The position numbers and the translations under genes are program-made. DNA of 63,819 bases, the filler included, from Pelomyxa schiedti (taxonomy: Eukaryota > Protista > Evosea): the NCBI GenBank assembly GCA_020536535.1. It is 15 parts of 15 records of this genome, joined end to end, with 100 filler letters (N's around TTAATTAATTAA, not from the genome) between each part and the next. Parts side by side here need not be neighbours in the genome. Positions count along the whole stretch, not along the records: positions 19,713 to 39,191 come from JAHLWZ010000709.1; positions 39,292 to 46,490 come from JAHLWZ010000336.1; positions 46,591 to 48,604 come from JAHLWZ010002177.1; positions 48,705 to 53,929 come from JAHLWZ010001513.1; 11 more parts are not named here. One strand, given 5' to 3'. Every line of letters starts with the position of its first letter. Position 1 is the first letter of the stretch. This document shows positions 35,822 to 51,217 of this stretch, in pieces. The notes beneath the pieces are model-generated. The model did not search any database, was not told the DNA's origin, and saw only the letters and a list, made by a program, of their open reading frames with translations.

Positions 35822-38800
35822 CTACATTGCGCTGAAGGATGACGAATGGCTGTGGTTGTTGGTGTTGGCGTTGATGTGGAGGGTCACGAACACGTCCTTC
35901 GCACGTGGTATGGTGAAGTCATCGGGGTTCGAGTCCAGGTACTCGTCCATGGCTGCGGCCACGTCGTGCGCAAGTGTCGGGGTGATTGCGGATTGTGGGT
36001 GCAATTGCGACGTCTGGAATTGTGATTGANNNNNNNNNNNNNNNNNNNNNNNNNNNNNNNNNNNNNNNNNNNNNNNNNNNNNNNNNNNNNNNNNNNNNNN
36101 NNNNNNNNNNNNNNNNNNNNNNNNNNNNNTATGGTGAAGTCATCGGGGTTCGAGTCCAGGTACTCGTCCATGGCTGCGGCCACGTCGTGCGCAAGTGTCG
36201 GGGTGATTGCGGATTGTGGGTGCAATTGCGACGTCTGGAATTGTGATTGAGACTGAGACTGTGATGATGAAGATAAGGACGAGTGGCGGAATAGCATCGA
36301 GTCAATGGTGGAATAGTCCAATAGCATTTTCTTGGTTTCAGGGAGTAGGCTGTGTGTGAGTTAGATTATAAAATAGAAATAAGAATAATGACCATTATAA
36401 TACTGTATTGAATGTACCATTGTTACAACAAGTTAGTTTAGTATTAATTAATCACTTATAATGTAGGTAAGTGGGGTCTTTACTCTTTGGTGAAACCCAG
36501 GAATTCATGAACGAGAACGGGCTCTTTGAATCCGCGCACCTTTTTAGATAGGTGAGGAGAGAGGAATTATGTGGGATGCAAACTTGTATGTGGCCTAATG
36601 CCCGCCATGAAAACATGGAAGAACCTTTGGAAGCGGCATGTCTAATGCTATCTGATACGAGAACTGAAGTTCCCAACTCTTTGCTCAGAGGCTCTAGCCT
36701 GCTTGCCAAATTGACGGTATTTCCTTTTTTTTCATTTAGCGAATCATCTTTTGAAAATAAAATGAAACCTAATACAGTATAGTTGAGCCTTTGACTCGAC
36801 CTACAACAGAATAAAAACTCACAATACTTGAAATAGAGAGTGATAGTACCCAACGTTTCCGGCTCTCACTTCTCCGGAATGTAGCTAGATTTGTATCAGC
36901 ATAGAGGTAAAAGAAAAGGAGTTCAAACAGTACCCCAATGCGAATACGCATTGTTGGAAGCGTTTTCGCTCTGAAAATCAAGTTCAACCTTGACAAATCG
37001 GACAATATTTCAGCCGCAGCTTTGCATGCGTTTATTTCCGAGTTGTTATCAACAACAGGGCACCCCCACAACGCCTAAGAACGGAGGTAAGAAGTGCACA
37101 AAAGGGAGGGATAATGTTTGTTACCATAATGGCATCTCCGATATACTGAGATCATTGAGTGAGGGGATAGCAAGAAAAAGGTGAAACAAACTTTATCAAT
37201 GCAGCCGTTGTTCTTCGTTATTATCGTGGAAAATGATTCAAACATCGTTCCGAGCACTTCAATTATGGATTGAGCACCAAATTGTTCCATATTCCGGGTC
37301 TATGAACTATTAATATCTCACTCATTAAGAAGCCCTGGGAACATACAAAATCAACCACATCAAGAAACATCACCGTGCAATGCATTGAAGTGACTCCTAC
37401 TACAGGCTTCATGTGGTTTTTGCATAGGTATCTATACTTTCATTTTAACATCTTCTTCAAGATACAGCAAACGGACCTCACTACTTGCGTAGGAACATAT
37501 CTAACATAGAGGAATGAATACTGATAAGGAGGAGGAGTTGTATACATACTGGCTGAATGACTCCAATGCCGATTGCATTATTGTTACCTCTGAATTCAAC
37601 TGTATGTCAAAAGTCAGTGATACACTCCGAAGAAAAGGGAGGATTGCTGTACAGAATCTATTTCCTTCAACATGCTTCGTTGCAGGTCGGTATTGCTCTC
37701 ACTCCTACGGTAGTTTGGAAGATAAAAAGAACTAAGAAAGAAACTACTTCAGTAACCTCGTCAATTGGCCACTGGAAACTCTTTGCAGCTTCCTTATAAC
37801 ATCATCAAGTGCCTTGGCCAGCACTACTGATAACGTAACACTGATAACTACAGAGAGAACTCCGATGATCACTTCACAGCCGAATACGATCCAAAGTGAA
37901 CTGTAAGCATGGTCCACAGCTTTATTTTCCTCTGTCCTTATTTCGTCCATAAAATCCTTCCTTTGATGTGACTGAAATCACAGTGACGCGAAAAATACCC
38001 TCTCTGGAGTTACTAGAAAAGACCACCACAATAAGCCCCCAGTTGCTCGAATGGCGACGACATCAACGTAACACAGACCCTTGTCATTGATGACTGTAAA
38101 GTGGCTTTCTTCATTCCTCCCGTTTGTTAAGTTCAACCACTGCATTACCCTAAGTGAATGTAAAAGGAACTTGTACTAACCTTCTGTGAAGCTTCTCTGA
38201 TTGTTTCATTGGAGCAGCTTGGAGCGTATACGAATCCATCCTTAGTGGTGGAAATGGGTACACCGGCAGTACCAGCAATTATCTTCAGGTCACCATTTTC
38301 CGCCAAGAATGCCAGGCCGTTGGCAGTAAGGTTGAACTGCGAGAAGAAAACTTGGAGGAAAGCCATGGTATAGGTAACTTGGATCACCACGGGCACGGAA
38401 AATTGAGGCCGGACCGTATATCCCACAACGGTTCCCTCATCTGCATTTGCAGACATGTAGACTGCGGTCCATGTGCCATTCCAAGCTGTAACTCCAGTTT
38501 TCCTGTTGGATCAAGGTTACCGAGACATATGAAGGGTACAGTCATACCACCAATCCCTCAAGGTGAGATTGTAGTGTATAAGGTCCCCACCTCTCCTGCT
38601 ATTATCACTATACCAGAAGAATGTTACGTTCGAGTCTATTTCACTGTCATGGTGACCCCAGTAAGTCTGCAGGTTACAATACAAATGATCTCCTTCTGAG
38701 TTCTGCCATCCGGCCAGCTTATTTGGGAAAGCTTAGATACATGAAGAAAAGTGGAATTGAATAGTACCACGTTGCTAACTGATTTTTGTTGCTGTGCCAG

Positions 38801-39191
38801 CCCACGGAAAATGAGCCGAAAGGCACTGTGGTCAGTATGCACTGGGACAAGGGAGGTATATGCTGATTCTGGAACTGCTGTTTTTACAACATCCGCAATG
38901 GAAGGTGGGATTTCCATCTGAGACGAGATACTACTGACACTCTGTTGCACAAGTAAATGCCTATATACATTCATCTCCTGATTGTACAATAAGGGTGCTG
39001 TAGAAGTCCGAAATGAGGAAAAACCGTTGTCAAGCAAGAAGTACAGGTGTTTGTAAGAGATTGCAGGGAAGTAACCCACAATGTACTCATGGGAGCCAAG
39101 CATGCAACTACTATAGTTGTAACAACAGAAACGGCCGCTGCCGGAACAACAAGTTTCAACGAGCAAGCTATCCTATTTTTCCTTTGGTGAG
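35822..39191 (-). CDS. Membrane class III adenylate cyclase (TM, Cache-like sensor, TM, HAMP-like, cyclase); 5'-truncated and spanning a gap
   Basis: CTVMFLDVVDF...IDKYIGDAIMALWG...MRIRIG...RLNYTVLGNTVNLASRLE. Both metal-binding Asp and the transition-state Asn/Arg are present; Lys plus Thr indicate ATP specificity. TM helix SLWIVFGCEVIIGVLSVVISVTLSVVL. Confidence 0.88.
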
Positions 39192-39291
39192 NNNNNNNNN
39201 NNNNNNNNNNNNNNNNNNNNNNNNNNNNNNNNNNNTTAATTAATTAANNNNNNNNNNNNNNNNNNNNNNNNNNNNNNNNNNNNNNNNNNNN

Positions 39292-40056
39292 GAGGACGTG
39301 GAGAGTATGCCTGACCCCGAAATCGCCAGCGACGCGGCGAGGGTGTTTGTTGCTGCCAAGAGGGAAGGGGGCCACATTCCAGTCCCTGGGTTCCGTATGT
39401 GGCTAGCTCTATCTGCATTGTGTTGCTTCAGTTTTGCACTGGAATGAATTTAATTAAATTCGCGTAGCGTATACGTGTGGATATGGCCGGGGGATCAAGA
39501 TAACAGAGAGGTTCCATGGGAAGTTCCTTGGCTGGTGCCTGTTATCGTTCCGCTTTACTCCTGCGAGAGAGACCGATATCCAACACTTCATATCATCCTT
39601 TCTCCAAATATGGATTTCATCCCAACGCTATGATCTTCGGCTATGCACGGTAGCTTCTACAAATTCTCGTTGCACACTGCCTAACAAAATAAAATATACA
39701 CACATACAAACCGCATAAAGGGATGGCGCTGGCAAGAGATTAACGTGAAGCACATTGTTCTTTCCAGTGAGGGCTTTGTGAAAGGAATCAGCCTAGACCA
39801 CGAGTCCATTGGGGAGGACCCAGACATGGAGATAGTGTGCAGCCCTGAAAACCACCGGCGCCTCGACAGGTGCCTATCTCGCAGAATCCCAGGCTTCGAG
39901 TCTCGGCTCATCAGTAACCTCCGGGACATTCCTGGCCATGGTGGTGTTTCCAGGCTGTCACTGCATCATCAGAGGATAACAAACCTCAACCAAATGTTGC
40001 ACACCGCAGCCCCTGCCCCATCCCCGTCAACGGGATCAGCTTCGTCGGCCTCATAA
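39292..40056 (+). CDS. Hypothetical protein, C-terminal exons
   Basis: Open frame 39745-40056 preceded by plausible GT-AG introns. No recognisable domain. Confidence 0.35.
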
Positions 40057-40184
40057 TTGTGGGACCCCCTTTTGTGTTGTGTAGTCAACGGGGCGGTGTA
40101 AGAGACTGAGAAATTGAATCAGGAATTTTCACTCAATTCGTTTTAGGAGAAAGGCGCAACGTTGTGTTAAAAAAATAACAAGGC

Positions 40185-42834
<2,650 letters not shown>

Positions 42835-42914
42835 TCTAACACCACGTTTCCTATTATTTGTAAATGTCCAAAAAAAAGTGAAAAAGGAAAACAAATTTGT
42901 TATCTTTCTTCACA

Positions 42915-44163
42915 TCAGTTGGTTTTGTTGTGTAGTTCTGGAATGTCTTTTATGTCCTTTGTGAGAATGTAGCAGTGTGGTGGTTCGATCCTGTTGGGCA
43001 TAGGTAAATAGAGTATGAATAATCTAATAATTCCATAGAATATGAATAATTATTGCAGGTAAGGTAGGAGCGACCGGTTTTAGGGTTTGAAAGTAGGAAA
43101 GGGAATTATTATTAAACAGATGGAAGGGGCCAAACTTTTTGTAATAGTTCTCCAGCATTGGCCCTCGTTTAAAGCCGAGTCTCTCGTAGAAGGCGATTGC
43201 GCGAACGTTGCTAGATTGAACGTGCAAATAAAGCTGTGCAACACCGTCCACACAGCTAGTGAGCATGTATTGCAACAATTTTGTTCCTTAAGGGGTGCAT
43301 GTGAGTGAAAGGCCTTATCACAAAGTTACAGACCTATTTTTAAACGGGAATAGGCTTCTAGCACTCCAAGCGTCATAATGTACAACTTGGAATATGTTGT
43401 GCCGGGAATAGGTTCCAGCCGGCAGCATATTGATCCGGCTATTACATCCTCTCCATAGTACGCTGGTATTTTTCTCAATTAGAAGACGAATGGAGTTGGA
43501 GTGATAACAGGATAAAGTATATAGTATTCCTTCCAAAACACAAAAAAGTCTTTAAGAAGGAAAGGAAACAACCTAGCCTATTGAACTTTGAGGGATTTAG
43601 CAATAAATCAGAGTAGAACTTGTCGTTGTAGGTAACAGGCAACGTAGCCAAATTGATTACTCTAACTTGTTCAATGTTCTTGGGTGTAACCTAAAATAAN
43701 NNNNNNNNNNNNNNNNNNNNNNNNNNNNNNNNNNNNNNNNNNNNNNNNNNNNNNNNNNNNNNNNNNNNNNNNNNNNNNNNNNNNNNNNNNNNNNNNNNNT
43801 ATTGAACTTTGAGGGATTTAGCAATAAATCAGAGTAGAACTTGTCGTTGTAGGTAACAGGCAACGTAGCCAAATTGATTACTCTAACTTGTTCAATGTTC
43901 TTGGGTGTAACCTAAAATAAATAAAAAAATTAATGATAATGTTATTTCACGACCCACTATGGGCAAGCCAACCACAACCACAACCAACGTTGCACGAATA
44001 ATAGCACCACACCCACCTCAACCAAAGTTATGGGAAGTTCCAGTCTCTTTGGTGGAGCCGCAGGCGTCGGTGCCGACGCCGACGCCGACGCCGACACAGA
44101 CACTGCCGGTGGCGCCGAGGGCGTAGTAGTGCTAGCGGACGCGGGTGCGGCGTCAGACGACAT
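42915..44163 (-). CDS. NAA50: N-alpha-acetyltransferase 50 (NatE), multi-exon, spans a gap
   Basis: VTPKNIEQVRVINLATLPVTYNDKFY...GSICCRLE...KLYIMTLGVLEAYSRLKIG...LYLHVQSSN..AIAFYERLGF...NYYKKIEPPHCYIL. Confidence 0.93.
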
Positions 44164-44361
44164 GATGGGACGGACCGCGGCGAACAACAAAATCAAATTC
44201 TGTGCACTGGACAAGTTTTGATGATGCGCATTTATTACTAGTATTACTTGCTACTGTTCTTTACCATCGTCGCGGCCGGCTGTTGTTTGCTAGCGGAGGT
44301 AGTGGTGGCTGTTGTTGAGCAGAGTTTTTTTGGTGGAAGATGAGCTTTGTGGTGGTGTGTG

Positions 44362-45552
44362 TCACGAGACTCGCAGAACTTCGTAGTACCTCTCGGGATT
44401 TGAAATCTTGAAGATCAGGAAGCCAGACACAGAATCAAAGACTTCAATGTAATCTTGGTCGGATAAGCCAAGTAGTGGTGCCCTGACCACAATCTCCTGC
44501 CCAGCCTCAAGTACGCCACAGGCCTTGGGAGTCTTGGCACTGTGAGTGTAGCACACCCTTGTTGGTTCCACAATACTGCGAACCTCCCTCATTGCAAAAC
44601 CACTTAGAAAACCGAATTTGTCCAGAAGAAAGTATGGGCCGCCAATGAAGCTCAACTGGAAGCACCCACTGAAGTTGAATGTCTCTCCAGTGGTGAGGCA
44701 CACAATGGAACCCTCGGTTATGTCAGTTATCATGTACATCATTCCATTCCAGCACATGGGATTCTGGAGGTTGTGGTAAGGACCAAACTCTCTCGTCACC
44801 ACAATCCTTTTCTGCTCCCAAGTGGCCTCCATTCCAATCACCTGGATTATCCCATCCCTTTTGCTGACTACCAGTGAATCAGCAGCATTCCGCGCAAACT
44901 TCATTCTTGCCACTTCACGTGGGAATGGGATTGCCTCGTCCACCTTTGGCACCACCCCTGCCTCGACCTGGTCGAAATTCCACAGTTCCATCTGGTACCC
45001 AACTTGCCTCACATAGCTCACAACGGCCAGCCACCTCCTGCTGTTGGCCACAAACCGGGCACCACAACCGCACAGTGCGTTGACACCACTCTGCCAGCCC
45101 CGTGCGATTTCAACAACGCACAGCGACTCACCCGCGCGATTCCCCTGCCCACGCAGGGCCATGAGAGCAAACCTCTGCTGGCCAGCGGAAAGTGGCCCGA
45201 CCCACCCCTGGAACTTCCCGTAGCACCCGCGCGCCACAACGGCCGGGCGGTCCACAAGCCCCAGGGTCGGCGACACGGAGAAAGCCACTGTGACGCATTT
45301 GGGCTTGAATCTGATCCCGAGGTCGAGGACCACGTGCAGCGAAGCGTGCACGACCCAGTCTCGGCCCAGTTGGGACACCTGGTAGGGCGTGAGGGCCCGC
45401 AGGGCGCTGCGGGCGCCGCAGCGTCCCACAACGGCGCCGGTGGCCAGGGCCACGAACTGGTCCCGCGCGTCAGTGCCGCAGTGGACGTCGAGTTCGCCTC
45501 CCTGCGACGGAGGAGACGAGGAACGCGTGGTTGTTCCGACGTTGGAACCCAT
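44362..45552 (-). CDS. Lineage-expanded intronless DQF-family protein C
   Basis: ARDQFVALATGAVVGRCGARSALRAL...RDWV...FSVSPTLGLV...ANSRRWLAV...EVFDSVSGFLIFKI. Confidence 0.78.
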   Translation of the reverse strand: MGSNVGTTTRSSSPPSQGGELDVHCGTDARDQFVALATGAVVGRCGARSALRALTPYQVSQLGRDWVVHASLHVVLDLGIRFKPKCVTVAFSVSPTLGLVDRPAVVARGCYGKFQGWVGPLSAGQQRFALMALRGQGNRAGESLCVVEIARGWQSGVNALCGCGARFVANSRRWLAVVSYVRQVGYQMELWNFDQVEAGVVPKVDEAIPFPREVARMKFARNAADSLVVSKRDGIIQVIGMEATWEQKRIVVTREFGPYHNLQNPMCWNGMMYMITDITEGSIVCLTTGETFNFSGCFQLSFIGGPYFLLDKFGFLSGFAMREVRSIVEPTRVCYTHSAKTPKACGVLEAGQEIVVRAPLLGLSDQDYIEVFDSVSGFLIFKISNPERYYEVLRVS

Positions 45553-45944
45553 CACGTAGATGTGATGCCCGAAACTGTTGTCTCCTCTGTCTAAGTCGGC
45601 AGGGCACCTAAGTCCTCAGTGTTGAAGGAACCCTTCTCTCCGCTCATCTAAGTCTTGCCGCCCCGCATCAAAATCAAAGAACCGAAACTCGTTCGATTGA
45701 TGCAGCCTACAAGCAGCACCACAACAACAACAACTCGCGGTCGTGGTACCGCCGCCGCCGCCACCAGCACTACTACCAGTACTACTAGTCGATTGATGAG
45801 CGAGGCCAACACGCGCACGTGGGTTGTGACGGGAGCCAGTGGGTNNNNNNNNNNNNNNNNNNNNNNNNNNNNNNNNNNNNNNNNNNNNNNNNNNNNNNNN
45901 NNNNNNNNNNNNNNNNNNNNNNNNNNNNNNNNNNNNNNNNNNNN

Positions 45945-46202
45945 GGCGACACGGAGAAAGCCACTGTGACGCATTTGGGCTTGAATCTGATCCCGAGGTC
46001 GAGGACCACGTGCAGCGAAGCGTGCACGACCCAGTCTCGGCCCAGTTGGGACACCTGGTAGGGCGCCGCAGCGTCCCACAACGGCGCCGGTGGCCAGAGC
46101 CACGAACTGGTCCCGCGCGTCAGTGCCGCAGTGGACGTCGAGTTCGCCTCTCTGCGACGGAGGAGACGAGGAACGAGTGGTTGTTCCGACGTTGGAACCC
46201 AT
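45945..46202 (-). pseudogene. Frameshifted second copy or allele of DQF protein C
   Basis: 45945-46490 repeats ~45266-45844 but lacks 26 nt between two GGGCG microhomologies, which shifts the frame. Confidence 0.75.
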
Positions 46203-46833
46203 CACGTAGATGTGATGCCCGAAACTGTTGTCTCCTCTAAGTCTAAGTCGGCAGGGCACCTAAGTCCTCAGTGTTGAAGGAACCCTTCTCTCCGCTCATC
46301 TAAGTCTTGTCGCCCCGCATCAAGATCAAAGAACCGAAACTCGTTCGATTGATGCAGCCTACAAGCAGCACAACAACAACTCGCGGTCGTGGTACCGCCG
46401 CCGCCGCCACCAGCACTACTACCAGTACTACTAGTCGATTGATGAGCGAGGCCAACACGCGCACGTGGGTTGTGACGGGAGCCAGTGGGTNNNNNNNNNN
46501 NNNNNNNNNNNNNNNNNNNNNNNNNNNNNNNNNNTTAATTAATTAANNNNNNNNNNNNNNNNNNNNNNNNNNNNNNNNNNNNNNNNNNNNCGAGTGCACC
46601 AAGTTGGCCGCGCGTGGTGATGGTTGCTCTGATGTCGGCGCTGTGCGTTCCGTCACTGAGGGTCCACGTTGCCATCAGGGTTATTCAAGTGACTTGGTGG
46701 TGCTTGTTTAAAAAGAAAACAAGTTGTAACTTGTTGGGACTTGACAACGAAATTTCAAACGGTACTTGCCAAGTACATACTTGAAAGAACAACCGTTGCC
46801 ATCTCATTTTCTCGGAAAGTGATCAAAAAAAGC

Positions 46834-47876
46834 ATGAACGACGGTACAGTAACGACAACAACCACGACGCGCGGCCAACTCGGTGCGCTCGCAGCGGGTG
46901 CGGCGATCGAGTGGTGCTGCGGCGACAGCCCACTGCAGCGAGTTATGGGACGCGGCCACGCCGCCTCGCTCGTCCGCCTGCTGTGGTCCGACTGGGTCCG
47001 CCCCACCCTCCGGTTCTTTGTCTTCCATGTCGTTGGCTCCCCCTCTGCCCGGCCCACTGCGTTCGCGGCGCTGGTCGGGCCAGGACACTGTGGACTTCTC
47101 CTTCGTTGCCTCCCCGCTGCTGCTGAGCGTGTTCCGTGGCCCAGCGCCTGTGCCCGCGGTGCTCCTCGTCCCAGGAGGGGGGCGGGCCAAGTGGGTGCGC
47201 GGTGACTGCCTCGCCGAGGCGCTGCCGTGGGAACCGCACGGGACCGGCTGCCGCGTCGTGCTGAGCGCCGTGGACATGAGCACTGGCGTCGGTGTGGAAG
47301 CCGCGAGGAGCCCCCCTGGAATAACTGTGCGAGTGAATGGCAGGCCAACAGCAAGTGGGTCGCCATGGGGTCGTGGTGGCCATTGCGGGATGGTGGCCCA
47401 GTTGTGCTGACTGTTGCACCCATTATCTGTAATCATTATTATGGTGGTGGTGTGACAAGAAGTACATTGGCGGCAACATGGCTCAGCAGAGTGTTGTTGT
47501 TGAAATTCCAGGTGTGGAGACATTCCGCTGTGACGGCACCTCTCAAACTGTTTATGGACAAGTGTGTCGAATCTGAGGTTGTTGTTGTGATAGCGGATCT
47601 GTTCTCCCCTGAGAACAAAACAGTCATCTTTGTCGTTGACACGGAGAAGACCTTCAAAAACAAAAGCCTGGTTCTGTTGAGCACAACGAGCTGTGAATTT
47701 AGTGGGGTAAAAGTGTGAGGAGGTTCATGGCAGAATCTGGATTCCTCTTCCAAGTGTCTGCCAACAGTGTTGTAGTGATTGAGCCAACAACAGGGTTTGT
47801 TCTCCTCACCTTCAATTTTTCTGGTAGTTTCTCTTCAGTCACCCTCGTCACACCTTCCTCTGGTTTCTTGCATTGA
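46834..47876 (+). pseudogene. DQF-family pseudogene D
   Basis: Family motifs are split over different frames: RGQLGALAAG...LWSDWV / FSFVASPLLLSV / ANSKWVAM...VVDTEKTF / VVIEPTTGFVLLTF. At least three frame changes with no introns to explain them. Confidence 0.75.
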
Positions 47877-48349
47877 ACTGCAGAGAGAGGATCTATTCCT
47901 GTGGGTCCACTGAATACTTGGAATTCACAGGAAGAACCTGGGCTTATAAGCAACGCACACTTTCACCACACCTCCACCAGATCAACTAAAATAAATAAAC
48001 ACTTTGTTTCCTCTTTATCTCGCTTCCGTACAAACACGTCTGTCACTCCCTGTCAGTACACTCACAACTGAGTGGCTCCAACGGCATTCAATGAAACGGA
48101 TTGTTGTGAAATAGCCATACACGAAATCGCCGCGGTTGTCACTCAGATCCGCCGAGCACTACGTCCGCAGAGCAGTGACAAAATATGAGGTGATTTCCGC
48201 GAACTTGATTTCTTAGAGGTCCGGTCCGAGTCCTGACTCAGCAGGTCGGTCTCTCAGTCTCCGCGTTCGTGCTCGTGCTCGCAGAGAGTTTGCTTGTGTA
48301 TTCTACTGAATCACACAGTCCTAAGAACGATCAGAAACCACGAAACCTG

Positions 48350-48604
48350 ATGATGAACAACAACGGTACAGTACCACCAAGCAGCAACAGCATAGTGTCA
48401 TTAGACTCCTCCACGATGAGTGGCGTTTCCGTCACCGCAATGACCACCACGACGCGCGACCAACTCGGCGCGCTCGCGGCGGGAGCGACGATCGAGCGGT
48501 GCGGCGGCGGCAGCGCGATGCAGAGAGTTATGGGACGCGGCCACGCCGCCTCGCTCGTCCGCCTGCTGTGGTCCGACTGGGTCCGCCCCACCCTCCGGTT
48601 CTTC
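48350..48604 (+). CDS. DQF-family protein E, 5' part (tandem paralogue of D)
   Basis: TTRDQLGALAAGATIERCGGGSAMQRVMGRGHAASLVRLLWSDWVRPTLRFF. Nucleotide match to ~46860-47020; truncated by the linker. Confidence 0.7.
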
Positions 48605-48704
48605 NNNNNNNNNNNNNNNNNNNNNNNNNNNNNNNNNNNNNNNNNNNNTTAATTAATTAANNNNNNNNNNNNNNNNNNNNNNNNNNNNNNNNNNNNNNNN
48701 NNNN

Positions 48705-50637
48705 CAGAGTGACCTTGTGCTAGTGATGCACGTTCCAAGGCATCTCACAATATTTGGGTGCCTCAAACTCGACGAAATCTAGTGTGGGGGTTGTTGTTAG
48801 CAAGTTGTTGTCAACCCAGGAGCATCAGTGACACAGCTCTCTCGCACACACCAGAGCTTCCTGCTGAAACCTGGTGATGTTGAACTCGGATTTTATGCTT
48901 TCGTGAAGTGATTTCACTGCCACCAATGTTGTTGTCGTTGCTTCTGACGTTGATGAGGAGGAAGATGTTGTGAAGGAAGGTGCACTTGAAAACAGTTCCA
49001 TACGATCCAACTCCAAGTGTGGAAACAACTTTCAAGTCTTTCTCTTGTATTGTCATGGTTGATTTGATTCTAACTTGTATAGACACAACTCTGTTTGTAC
49101 TGCTGCCTTGTTGAATTTCTTCCAAGGTTCTAGATGGATCAAACAACAGTTCCTCTGAGTGGTTATCAGAACCAACAATGAAAATGATTTGTTCAGTCGG
49201 TTCAACTACAAACTTCCTTGAGATGAGGATTTTCACAACCTGTAGATTGATACCAATGAGAAACGTTACAATAAACGACGAGAAATGGGGATTCAAGAGA
49301 GGAATGAAAATACCATTTGAAGTGGGCAGAATCCACACACAGTTTCATCAAAAGAGGCAAGGTCCTCAAACACAATCCTGATTTGCGAGTGTTTGCAGTT
49401 GTTGTTGTTGTCAGGGAGAATGTTGCACCATGTGCCTTCTCCTTGTTCAACATGTGACATCACATGAGTCATGCCTGCAGTGGCAGTTAGTGTATGCAAG
49501 GTTGGTTGAGAAAGGGGGGTGTTGTGACGCACAAACAGTGTTGGAAATCATGACATCTTTGTTGATCAGATGCTCTTTTGTCACAAAAGATCTTCAGGTT
49601 CTTGGCACTTTCTTCCTCAAGTGTGGTGATCAGTTCCATCAGCTCTTGTTTTTTTTTTTTTTTTGGAAGGAAAAAGGTTAGTGGCGAAAAAGGAAAAGAA
49701 AGGAGGTTAAAACCCTTATTCTTTGCAGTCGAGTCCACAAATCTTTGGTTGAGCTGTCTCTCATCATGGAGAAGCTTAAGGTTCTTTGCATTTTCTTCCT
49801 CCAATTGTGTGATTCGGGCATTCAGTTCTGTGATTTCTTCGCAGTGTCAGGTGCACAAGGTTAAATTTGATATTTGAAAGGTTGGGTTACTCTGATGCCG
49901 TTTTCCAGTGATTTCGCGGTTTCTTCCTCGTTTCTTGGTGGTGTTTGGGGGGTTTTCTGCAGGTTTTGTTGCTATGGGTGATACATGTTGTTGTGGTGGT
50001 AAGGTGGCCTTTGAGGATTGTACAATTCCCGCGTTGTGATCCTCCAAAAGGTTGCAGATATCAGTGCAGTTCCTTCTTTTTGCCACATCAAGTGGAGTTT
50101 CACCTTTGGTGTTCATGCGGTTTGTGTCAATTCCATTGACTTGGAGAAGAACCTTCACCCCTTCCAGGAATCCCTCATCGCAAGCCACGTGCAGTGCCGT
50201 TCGACCGAGACACTGGTCCCCCGTCGGTGGCACCAAGTTGACGTCCACGCCCGGACACCCAAGCAGCGCCACCACCACGCCAATGTCGCTCCTCGTGCAT
50301 GCGATGAGAAGTGGGCACCCCTTGTTGACATCCACATCGGACCTTGCCACCAGCATCCTCACCCCACTGCCTCCTTGCCCTGGGCAGCAGCGTGGCACAG
50401 TGGCGTTCGACCAGAACCGTCGGCAGTGTTTGGGTCGATTGGGGGGTCACGCGATGCACCCACATCGAGTAGCTGCCTCGCGAGCGACGCATGCCCGTAT
50501 TTGCACGCAACATGAAGCATTGTCTCGCCAAAACCACTGATGGGGGTGTTAATGTCCCAAGTGGTTAAAGGCAACTGGGGCATAGCACCGCGTATGCACG
50601 CAACCCACATGGCCTCGTACTGATCCTGCATCGCCAT
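48705..50637 (-). pseudogene. Ankyrin-repeat, coiled-coil, tyrosine-kinase-like kinase pseudogene
   Basis: Ankyrin repeats GETMLHVAC/GRTPLCHAA/GRTALHVAC/GETPLDVA; kinase LGVGSYGTVFKC...VAVKSL...LRHPNIVRCLG. Frameshifts near 50360 (extra GG) and 48980, plus internal stops. Confidence 0.78.
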
Positions 50638-51217
50638 CACTTATTGTTTCAAGTTCCTGTACGGAATCATCCAAGTTGGAGAATATCAAATTTCCGATAA
50701 GAGCTGTTTTTGGCTCTAATTCACAAAGTTACGAGGGTTACGAACCTGAAGGGAGGAGGTAGTATTCACTGGTGCCTCACATGACGGAATAAAATAATCA
50801 ACAGACCGGAACGCAGTAGATTTCGTTACTAGAAACGTCCGACAGCACCACTCACTGGGTTTTATCACCAACGTGTAGGGGGGGAGGCTGTCGAATTTTT
50901 TCTAAGCTAAAACCTCGCGGTCTGGTATTGAAAAAATTGAATTAACCTTGGGAATTCTCAAGGGTACAATTTCCATACTGACGAGGGATGATACCTCCGT
51001 TTTCCGACTCCTTTTGTTGGGCACACTCGGTTGCGGTCCGGAACAATGTGAGCTCGCTCAAGAAAGTAGATATTCTCCAGAATCCCTCTACAGCTCTTGA
51101 GGGATATAACACTACGAACGAAGATCGAGCACCACAGTTGTGGCACTGCCGTCTCTGATTAGATCATGATGAGTTTGGTAGAATCGAAGCAAGTTGGGTT
51201 TGAAAAAAACTCTGAGA

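Noticed and set aside
50355-50365. TGA in the ankyrin-kinase gene as selenocysteine or a programmed frameshift
   Set aside because: Homology continues in another frame and further disruptions follow, so pseudogenisation is simpler.
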